Shown: in pieces, positions 48,410-55,341 of the stretch | How the letters are laid out: every line of letters begins with the position of its first letter | Numbering within the stretch: position 1 is the stretch's first letter | DNA from: a virus | Lineage: Duplodnaviria; Caudoviricetes | Reading direction: 5' to 3' (one strand) | DNA: 64,000 nt | Virus record (IMG/VR): IMGVR_UViG_3300049182_000044 | Location: 32,001 to 96,000 of that record | Position numbers and translations under genes: made by a program | Notes under the pieces: generated by a model | What the model was told of the DNA's origin: nothing | The model's input: only the letters and a program-made list of their open reading frames with translations | Database searches by the model: none

Positions 48410-48410
48410 C

Positions 48411-48539
48411 GCGGGTATCGTCGAAGGTATGGCTATCGTAGTAAAGGCGTACAGTCATGTGCGTCTACATGGGGCAACTTAACAGTTGCAGCTACGACGT
48501 TCCCATGTTTCGTGAGTTCAAGTCTCACTACCCGCACCA
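48411..48539 (+). ncRNA. tRNA-like RNA, Leu-type acceptor, 129 nt, non-canonical anticodon/variable region
   Basis: gcgggta/tacccgc-A-CCA; gtgag-ttcaagt-ctcac T arm; gtc/ggc D arm; extra stems acatggg/cccatgt and gcaact/agttgc. Confidence 0.8.
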
Positions 48540-48561
48540 CTCCCTTATAAGAGAAAAAGAA

Positions 48562-48651
48562 ATGGGAATCAAAGGCTACGTGATTGCCTGTGCAATCGCT
48601 TCATTGCTCGTCGCCGTGATCGCCACATCTAATTTGTTGACGATGCAGTAA
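48562..48651 (+). CDS. 29-aa membrane peptide
   Basis: MGIKGYVIACAIASLLVAVIATSNLLTMQ, single hydrophobic helix. Confidence 0.4.
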   Translation: MGIKGYVIACAIASLLVAVIATSNLLTMQ

Positions 48652-48657
48652 CAACAG

Positions 48658-48894
48658 TGTGTTTAACACCCCGTCTAAGTGGAAAACGTTGCATTAAGCG
48701 TAGAAACGAACTTAGGCATTGAGCAAGCCAAGTGTTCTTGGACAAGACAAGGGATACTCTTTTGGTTCGCAGGTACCTGTGGACATACAAGTCTGAAGAG
48801 AAACGAAGTCCTGGGTAGGCCGCCCAGGCTAAGTCTAACTTGAACCGAGTGATTGCCTGATGTGGCAGCAATCTGTCACGGGGTGCTAAACACA
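48658..48894 (+). ncRNA. Putative structured ncRNA (~237 nt)
   Basis: 17-bp closing stem tgtgtttaacaccccgt / acggggtgctaaacaca (1 mismatch); internal ctaagt/acttag and cctggg/cccagg. Confidence 0.65.
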
Positions 48895-48905
48895 TTTCAA
48901 AGAAT

Positions 48906-48994
48906 ACGTTCTGCGAGAGATCAATACACAGTGAGTTCGGAGGTGCGGCGGGAACCATGCCTCGGAGCGGACAACAGTCTGTGCAGCAGAACGT
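48906..48994 (+). ncRNA. Unknown RNA motif, copy 1
   Basis: acgttctgc/gcagaacgt closing stem around GAGAG..TACACAGTGAGTTCGG..CGGACAACAGTCTGTGCAGC. Confidence 0.7.
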
Positions 48995-49013
48995 TATATG
49001 CGTATGTATTGAC

Positions 49014-49106
49014 GTAGGCAGTTAGACGCTGGCGCGCGATGATGGTAACTGGCAACGGTTACTTGGGCCATGCGAGACAAAACGATCACAGACCGTTACT
49101 GCTTAC
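49014..49106 (+). ncRNA. Putative structured RNA domain
   Basis: gtaggcagt/actgcttac 9-bp closing stem; gtaac/gttac inner hairpin. Confidence 0.45.
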
Positions 49107-49118
49107 TTCAATATGTAT

Positions 49119-49324
49119 TCAGTGTGTTTATGACGCACCACATTTGCGCGCACTTGCTAGAGACAGGTGTGTTCGCCCAGGTCGAAAGGCCCTCCTGCTT
49201 AACTAGCGGGCGGTTGTATAGGCTGCGAGGGCGTTTAGCAAGCAGTACGGCGTTCTGTTAGCCTGTAAGGGTGTGGGCCGGGTAGTGAAATAGCTACGAA
49301 CGTGGGGCGCCATAAATACATTGA
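49119..49324 (+). ncRNA. Putative structured ncRNA (~206 nt)
   Basis: 18-bp closing stem tcagtgtgtttatgacgc / gcgccataaatacattga (2 G.U, 1 mismatch). Confidence 0.6.
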
Positions 49325-49333
49325 GTTTATTCT

Positions 49334-49506
49334 GGCGGGGTATGCATATTGGAGTAGCTGCGATTGACCGAACCGTGGAGTCCTAGGGTCGGTGAGGTCG
49401 TCGTGGTCGAGTTGGGAACAAGCACTTTGGGAGGTCGGGTAACGTGCTCGATTGAACATTGTGACTCCGACTCGGCGTGAAAGTTCGATCCTTTCCCCTG
49501 CTGCCA
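49334..49506 (+). ncRNA. tRNA-like RNA, 173 nt, G73 discriminator, large insertion in place of the anticodon/variable arms
   Basis: ggcgggg/ccctgct-G-CCA; gaaag-ttcgatc-ctttc T arm; tgca/tgcg D stem with GG in loop. Confidence 0.8.
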
Positions 49507-49587
49507 ACGATTTCGGGACTCGTAGTTTATTCTTCGTCGAGCCGCGTTCAGCATGGGTGACCAGGTCACGTAAGTGCTGATGTTAGT

Positions 49588-49675
49588 CGGGGCGAGGGAG
49601 TAAGAACGTGTTGACTGTGATGCGCTATGCTAAATGGTCAATAAGGTGCAGGTTGAAACCCTGTCGGCCCGACCA
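49588..49675 (+). ncRNA. tRNA-like RNA, Pro-type acceptor (C1-G72, A73), 88 nt, 21-nt anticodon loop
   Basis: cggggcg/cggcccg-A-CCA; gcagg-ttgaaac-cctgt T arm; ttgac/gtcaa stem; no D stem. Confidence 0.7.
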
Positions 49676-49690
49676 ATTTCAAGGAATACC

Positions 49691-50083
49691 ATGAGTAACG
49701 CCACACCCCGATATGCAACGGTAGACGCGAACAAGATGATTATCACAGATGGTAATCATGGCGGTTATCGCACTGGCTTCTGCGCGGTCTGCGAAGCGAG
49801 CGGTTGGTTGGATGTACCGAAAGGTGCGTCGAACGGGATAGTTCATAAACCAGACTGCGTAGTTGGCATTGCACTGAGCGCACTTCAAGAGATGAAAGTG
49901 CTCGACCTGGTGAAGATGTCAAATTTGACCTACTCACTGCCATCCAACAATTTCGCCAATCAGCCGTTTATAATGGCTGATGCATTGAAACGCAGCGATC
50001 TGGAAATGGTCATGAGCTGCCGTGACTTTGACCGCATTGAAGCAGACCAAGAACATACTGTGCTTATCTGGTACAAGCAGTAA
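49691..50083 (+). CDS. Hypothetical protein
   Basis: Start MSNATP after AAGGA; CAVC...H..DC motif; 130 aa. Confidence 0.65.
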   Translation: MSNATPRYATVDANKMIITDGNHGGYRTGFCAVCEASGWLDVPKGASNGIVHKPDCVVGIALSALQEMKVLDLVKMSNLTYSLPSNNFANQPFIMADALKRSDLEMVMSCRDFDRIEADQEHTVLIWYKQ

Positions 50084-50184
50084 GCACGAATCGAACAAGC
50101 GCATCGCGTATCTGGATGCCTCAAAAGTCACGGCTGAATGTGTAAGCTTAGTTAATCCGTGCCAGCCGGTGCGCTTGTTTCGAT

Positions 50185-50337
50185 TAAATTAGTCTGTGCT
50201 CCAGCGAAGATTAACTGGAACGAGAACGTTGGAACAACTCAGCTTTCCTAGGATCGGTGAGCCGACGTCCAGACCGGTAGTCCTTAATCCCCATACTCTC
50301 GTAGGGCGAGCCGGATGTTGGAGTACAGACCAATTTA
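50185..50337 (+). ncRNA. Putative structured ncRNA (~153 nt)
   Basis: 21-bp closing stem taaattagtctgtgctccagc / gttggagtacagaccaattta; inner gattaa/ttaatc and tcgg/ccga. Confidence 0.65.
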
Positions 50338-50349
50338 GAGGAGCTTCAA

Positions 50350-50508
50350 ATGAAACTGAAAGAAATGTTTTCAGTCGCCTGGTGGAAGAAGTACGTGGGC
50401 TTCCAATTCACGCGCTATGATTACAGCGGCAGCGATGGTCGCCGTGTCACAGACTGGATGTTGCATCTGGGCTTTTTCGCAATCACGAAGCATCGTATTG
50501 CGCGGTAA
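50350..50508 (+). CDS. 52-aa hypothetical protein
   Basis: Hand translation MKLKEMFSVAWWKKYVGFQFTRYDY...; GAGGAG RBS. Confidence 0.55.
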   Translation: MKLKEMFSVAWWKKYVGFQFTRYDYSGSDGRRVTDWMLHLGFFAITKHRIAR

Positions 50509-50513
50509 GGATT

Positions 50514-50615
50514 CCACAACGGCCCTAGTCGGGGCGGATCGTAGTTCAGGGGAAGAACAACCGCCGTAAGGTGGGAAGTCGCCGAATCATCTAAGGTCGA
50601 TCCTTTGCGTTGTGG
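50514..50615 (+). ncRNA. Putative structured RNA (~100 nt)
   Basis: ccacaacg/cgttgtgg closing stem; ggatcg/cgatcc inner stem. Confidence 0.5.
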
Positions 50616-50689
50616 TGCAGTCTTCAGTGCTAAGTCGCCAAGTCGTTGAAGAAGCTTAATAACCTTTTTCGACAACTTAGGAGGCGAGC

Positions 50690-51181
50690 ATGGGAGCAGC
50701 AGTAATTCAGCTGAAGTGCGCACGTTGCAAAGCGAAGTTTGAAAAGAAACTAGCTGAGTACACGTATCAATTGCGCAAGGCAGGCGTTTTAGACAAGCCA
50801 TTCTTTTGCAGCAGGGCATGCGGTCAAGCGTATTCAGGCGAGACGTTTCAAGCGTTCACCGATATTCGCGCAATCGCTAAAAGCCTCCGCAATCGAGAGT
50901 GGCCTTGATATGAGAAGTTAGACCGTTATCTAAAATCAACGGGGCTTACGTACCGATTCGAGTTCTTCTTCAAGAAGCACCGATTCGTGTACGACTTGGC
51001 GATAAAGGAACTGCGGTTGATATTCGAGTTCGATGAAGCGTATCACTACGATGAAACCGTCAGGCTTGTAGACAGAGCGAAGGACAAGCTCGCGAAGTCG
51101 AAAGGCTACACTGTGATTCGTGTGCCTTGTTCCAACGGTGCGGTTCTGTCACCGAAACTGATAAAGAAGCATTTGAAGTAG
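50690..51181 (+). pseudogene. Zn-finger + DUF559/Vsr-like endonuclease interrupted by one in-frame TGA (50906-50908)
   Basis: CARC..CSRAC..NREWP*YEKLDRYL...YRFEF...VYDLAI...IFEFDEAYH...KDKLAKSKGYTVIRV in one frame. Confidence 0.7.
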
Positions 51182-51189
51182 TACAGAAT

Positions 51190-51545
51190 TTATGGTTGTG
51201 TGCGTAGCGTAATCTACGCGAGACGTTTGCGTGAAGGCATGGCGGACGGGAGTTCGATTCTCCCCACCTCCACCACCAGCACTTTGAACACCCGGTGATG
51301 GCCGGGAGTTTGACCATGTAGGGTAACGGCCCCATAGCAGCCGCTACAGGACCAGTTGCGATACAACTGCAAAGCGCTGTTGATGGGGGTGACCTGGTTT
51401 CGACGGCGTGAGATAGCAAGAACTACAACTCAGCAGGCGATCGCTGACTCTTCGGAGTGAATCGAAGCAAAAATAGTAAATGCAAACGACTCGCATTTCC
51501 TGCAAGCTGCAAACGCCTAATTAAGCGTTTCACTTCAGGCTAAGT
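51190..51545 (+). ncRNA. ssrA: Circularly permuted (two-piece) tmRNA; outer ends approximate
   Basis: Acceptor piece ending GGGAG-TTCGATT-CTCCC-CACCTCC-A-CCA (51275) lies upstream of GGGGGTGACCTGGTTTCGAC (51385); G3.U70 pair; tag ANDSHFLQAANA* at 51482-51520 with H5 hairpin. Confidence 0.9.
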
Positions 51546-51686
51546 GACTACGGGGTCTGTTGACATAGCGCTACGGCGCGCCGTCTTCGTGTACGTAGTT
51601 AGTCCGGCCACTCCACCTTTCGCCGATAATGACGCGACTGCGCGTGGGTGTCTTAGTCAGCGCGTAAGCGCACCGAAGCCGGACTA
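51546..51686 (+). ncRNA. Structured RNA domains downstream of the tmRNA tag
   Basis: gactacg/cgtagtt and tagtccggc/gccggacta stems. Confidence 0.5.
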
Positions 51687-51698
51687 CCCAGTTTCAAA

Positions 51699-51819
51699 CC
51701 TCCAAGGTCAGAGAGCACTACACAGTGAGTTCGGTCTAAACTTTAACCATTTAGTCACCGAGAGACGATTTCCGTTATAGCAATCTGGATCGGACAACAG
51801 CCTGTGCAGCCAAAGGAGG
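51699..51819 (+). ncRNA. Unknown RNA motif, copy 2
   Basis: cctcc/ggagg closing stem around GAGAG..TACACAGTGAGTTCGG..CGGACAACAGCCTGTGCAGC. Confidence 0.7.
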
Positions 51820-51821
51820 GC

Positions 51822-51989
51822 CCAACGTAAAACGTTCTTCATCGAGCGTTTTACGTTGGTGACGGCAAAGCCGTTAAGGTGCGGACATAGAGCTATTGCA
51901 GCTTCAGCGTGGGTACGAACACTAATCGCATGGAGGAACCCCACCGGCGATGAAGTCGTAGGATGTGAAAGCCCGCTACGCTGTCACCA
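51822..51989 (+). ncRNA. Structured RNA: 13-bp hairpin plus a domain closed by a 10-bp stem
   Basis: ccaacgtaaaacg/cgttttacgttgg; tggtgacggc/gctgtcacca. Confidence 0.5.
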
Positions 51990-52055
51990 ACATTCTCAAA
52001 TCGCGACCTAAGGTGGTCCCGATCATTCAACTTTAATCCATTGAAAGGATTTATC

Positions 52056-52607
52056 ATGAACTCTGCAACACAATTCCCCACCTCGTCTTCTCTTCTCGAA
52101 AAAGCAGCACACTACGCGACAACATTGTTCGATGCGGATAATCTTAAGTTCGATGCGCCGATCTTCACCGATCAGTACGTATCCTTTCCCATGACACACA
52201 GCCTCAACATCGACGGCGACTTCTTTATCAGGGCGCAAAGCGTTGGTGTAACATTCAAAGGTGAGGACGTACGGCTGTTCTATCTACTGCAGGATATGGT
52301 CAAGCGCCATCACCTGCATTTCAGGGTTCAGCACGAAGGTAAATGGGAATACTTTAACCCGCACTTGGCTGGTGAAGGTCAGTTCTCGATGAAGAACCCT
52401 TGCACGTTCTATCTTGCGGGTATTGCAAGCGGAAATCTCAAGGGCTGGTCGGACATTCCTATCAGCCGTGACCCTGCAACATTCGATGACCGCGCAAAGT
52501 TCCTCGCGGTCTTGCTGTATCGTGAATGGGTGCGTCAGATGATGCCCATCATTAAGATGTATCAGTGGTTCCGTGCAAACGACTTACTTGCACCTATCGT
52601 CAAATAA
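52056..52607 (+). CDS. Hypothetical protein
   Basis: Start MNSATQ after AAAGGA; 183 aa. Confidence 0.7.
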   Translation: MNSATQFPTSSSLLEKAAHYATTLFDADNLKFDAPIFTDQYVSFPMTHSLNIDGDFFIRAQSVGVTFKGEDVRLFYLLQDMVKRHHLHFRVQHEGKWEYFNPHLAGEGQFSMKNPCTFYLAGIASGNLKGWSDIPISRDPATFDDRAKFLAVLLYREWVRQMMPIIKMYQWFRANDLLAPIVK

Positions 52608-52661
52608 TGTAAATGACGGGTGATCGAAAGGTCACCCATTTTCAACTTAGAAGGGAGAAAA

Positions 52662-53048
52662 ATGAAAACATGGCAAATCGTGGCGTTGGGTGTCCTGGCA
52701 CCCACAATCGCTGCGGGTATTTGGCTGGTGAATGCACCGGCTACCAAGGCAGTAGCACTCGTTGACAAGGCGACTGATACGACGAAGATGCTGGCGAACT
52801 ATGAATGGTTCCACGAAGCATCTACGAACTTCAACGCCCGTGTCAATCAGATCAAGTCGCACAAGACTTTGATCGCAAACGAGACTGACAAGGCTGAACT
52901 GTCTCGCCTCCGCATGGAAGCAGCAGCCGTACAACAAACATGCCGTGACCTCGTTGCGAAGTACGCGGCCAAAACCAACCAAGTCCACGTAGGCTACCTC
53001 AAAGGTAAGAGCCTGCCTGAAGCACTCGATGCAGGGAGCTGCGAATGA
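52662..53048 (+). CDS. Membrane-anchored coiled-coil protein
   Basis: Start MKTWQIVALG after GGGAG; N-terminal TM helix. Confidence 0.7.
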   Translation: MKTWQIVALGVLAPTIAAGIWLVNAPATKAVALVDKATDTTKMLANYEWFHEASTNFNARVNQIKSHKTLIANETDKAELSRLRMEAAAVQQTCRDLVAKYAAKTNQVHVGYLKGKSLPEALDAGSCE

Positions 53049-53539
53049 AACGCCTTCTGATTGCCCTTTTCCTCCTTCCTCTGACCTTCGTTCTCACCGC
53101 ATGTGAAGAAGACAAGCCGACGCCGGTGAAGGCAGAACAAGCAGCCAAAGCACGCGCGGCTGCGAACAGCATCAACTTCACTGAGAACGCTGAAATCGAC
53201 AACATCAAGAAGCGCCTGGAGTTGACCTCCAAGAACGATCTTGTCGGCTTCATCATCCTGTTGAACGAGAGCGGCCAGCCGGTGATGTACACTTCGATCA
53301 AAGGCAAGCCCACTTCGGGTGGCAAACGCCTGACGGAACCGGATCGTTACTGGGGCAACTCGACACATGCGGGGATGCGTGCCGCGCCGAGTGACGAGGG
53401 CACTTACGGCTCCTCTGGTGAGTATGTCTTCTTCTGGACGGTGGATGGCCAGTACATGCAATGGAACGGCAAGTACCTGTACTCGGACAAGCCTTTCCGC
53501 CTGAGCGTACAACCGCTGGTTGTCAACGTCAAGGAGTAA
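53045..53539 (+). CDS. Lipoprotein
   Basis: MKRLLIALFLLPLTFVLTA/C lipobox. Confidence 0.75.
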   Translation: MKRLLIALFLLPLTFVLTACEEDKPTPVKAEQAAKARAAANSINFTENAEIDNIKKRLELTSKNDLVGFIILLNESGQPVMYTSIKGKPTSGGKRLTEPDRYWGNSTHAGMRAAPSDEGTYGSSGEYVFFWTVDGQYMQWNGKYLYSDKPFRLSVQPLVVNVKE

Positions 53540-53543
53540 CGCT

Positions 53544-54908
53544 ATGGGTGTGGCTTCGGTCACACCCAATTGCCTTGATAGGTGCGTCTTCAATGAGGAT
53601 TCACCTATCAGATCAATGTCAGCGGAGTTTTACGTGTCAGCCCTCACCCTTAACGTGCAACAAAAAGAGGCGTATGACGGGATACTGAACTTCTTATCGT
53701 ATAACCAAAACGAGCATAAGTTTTATGTGCTCTCAGGATGGGCAGGCACCGGCAAGACGTACTTGCTCGGGGCGTTGCACGAAGCGTTAGACCGATACGG
53801 CTCAGTGTTCACAGCGCCAACGAACAAAGCAACTAAGGTAACATCTAGAACAATTGGTGCGGGAGCCCAATGCAAAACCATCTACTCGCTCCTGGGCATT
53901 CGCATGGTGGCGAACGAAGACCGCATGGTCTTAGAGTTTCCTAAGAAGCCCGTAGACCTCAGCGGCTATAGTCGAATCTATGTCGATGAAGCCTCAATGG
54001 TCAATGAGTCACTTCTGGCTTACATCCGTGATCGTAGTCGATACTCGGCCACCAAATGGATCTTCATCGGCGACCGTGGTCAGTTACCTCCTGTCGGTGA
54101 GAAAGAATCGAAGGTGTGGACACTAAAATGTCCTAAATCACACCTGGAGAAGGTAGAGCGCTACGACAACGAGATCCTTGAGTTTGCTACACACGTTCGC
54201 AAATGCATTCAGAGGTATCCAGATGGCTCTCTGCGTATGCGTAGCAATCACAGCGCAAGCGAAGGCGTGTGGAAGTACAATCGCGGCGGCTTCATGCGTA
54301 ACATTGAGCGTGCTGCCAAGAGAGGCCTGTTCACCGAAATAGATAACACAAAGGCCATCGCGTGGCGTAACAAGACGGTCAATGAGCTGAATCAATTCAT
54401 CCGCTACAACATCTTTGGTAAGGTCGCAGACAAACAACCGTGGCTGCCCGGTGATCGCGTGATGATGGGAGAGCCTGTTCAGATCGGCAGCGCAATCATT
54501 GCCCACGTTGATGATGAAGGTACCGTAGTCGAGGAAGGTGTCGCCTACCACAGCGAGTACAAAGACTTCAATGCGTATCATGTGACTGTTCAGATCGACG
54601 ATGGCCCGGCTGTCCAGTTGAACATCATTCACGAAGACTCGCAAGCCAAATTCGTCCGACGCCTAGGTGAATTAGCCTTAATGGCTAAGAAAGAAAAGCA
54701 CTACTGGCGGGAGTTTTGGGCGTTGAAGAACGCTTTTCAAAGCATTCGGCATAGCTATGCCTTAACTGCTCACCGGGCGCAGGGCAGTACGTTCACGAAT
54801 ACGTTCTTGGATACTGCTGATATTCTGGCTAATTCCAACTCGTATGAAGCACTTCGATGCTTGTACGTAGGTGCAACACGCGCTCAATCCAATCTTATTC
54901 TTGTCTAA
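53544..54908 (+). CDS. Dda/RecD-like SF1B DNA helicase
   Basis: GWAGTGKT, APTNKA, VDEASMV, IGDRGQLPPV, YALTAHRAQGSTF; ATG after AAGGAG. Confidence 0.9.
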   Translation: MGVASVTPNCLDRCVFNEDSPIRSMSAEFYVSALTLNVQQKEAYDGILNFLSYNQNEHKFYVLSGWAGTGKTYLLGALHEALDRYGSVFTAPTNKATKVTSRTIGAGAQCKTIYSLLGIRMVANEDRMVLEFPKKPVDLSGYSRIYVDEASMVNESLLAYIRDRSRYSATKWIFIGDRGQLPPVGEKESKVWTLKCPKSHLEKVERYDNEILEFATHVRKCIQRYPDGSLRMRSNHSASEGVWKYNRGGFMRNIERAAKRGLFTEIDNTKAIAWRNKTVNELNQFIRYNIFGKVADKQPWLPGDRVMMGEPVQIGSAIIAHVDDEGTVVEEGVAYHSEYKDFNAYHVTVQIDDGPAVQLNIIHEDSQAKFVRRLGELALMAKKEKHYWREFWALKNAFQSIRHSYALTAHRAQGSTFTNTFLDTADILANSNSYEALRCLYVGATRAQSNLILV

Positions 54909-54919
54909 AGGGGAACAAC

Positions 54920-55330
54920 ATGGTATCAAAAGCAAAAACCACTACACGCAAGCGCACAGCAGGAAGCCCAGGCACTCACGTACCGCAATTGAAGGCGGTC
55001 ACCTGTGGTGAAGGTTGCACTTGTAGCTCAGCACCGAAGGTCTTGCTACCCGTCGCTCAACCTATTGAGGCAACGCGAGCTTTGTCACCGCTCGAAGAAT
55101 TGCTCGACAGGGTTGCGGCAGCTATTGACTCGCAGGAAAACATCGTTAGCCTTCTGCGCCAAGACCTGAAACTCGTACTGAACGAAAGGCCGACGCTCGA
55201 GCAAGCCGTTGCAGGCGAAGACGATCTGCCCAACCCATCGCCCGTGTACAGCAAATTGCTTCACCTGCTCTATAGGCTGCGGTGCAACACCGATGCGGTC
55301 ACCACTATCCGAAATCAACTTGACTGTTAG
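54920..55330 (+). CDS. Hypothetical protein
   Basis: Start MVSKAK after GGGGA; 136 aa. Confidence 0.65.
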   Translation: MVSKAKTTTRKRTAGSPGTHVPQLKAVTCGEGCTCSSAPKVLLPVAQPIEATRALSPLEELLDRVAAAIDSQENIVSLLRQDLKLVLNERPTLEQAVAGEDDLPNPSPVYSKLLHLLYRLRCNTDAVTTIRNQLDC

Positions 55331-55341
55331 TAAGGAATCGC

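Noticed and set aside
48446-48465. Opal-suppressor or Sec anticodon (TCA) in the 48411 RNA explaining the TGA at 50906
   Set aside because: No U33 or purine 37, loop geometry wrong, A73 and 7-bp acceptor unlike tRNA-Sec; no SECIS seen
48793-48830. Hammerhead ribozyme (CTGAAGAG...CGAAG)
   Set aside because: Lacks GAAA after stem II, stem II would be 1 bp, and no properly placed NUH site
49376-49392. Amber-suppressor anticodon (CTA) in the 49334 RNA
   Set aside because: No flanking 5-bp stem or U33; genes ending in TAG terminate normally
51857-51880. c-di-GMP-I riboswitch (GGCAAA/GCAAAGC)
   Set aside because: Second hairpin and tetraloop-receptor arrangement absent
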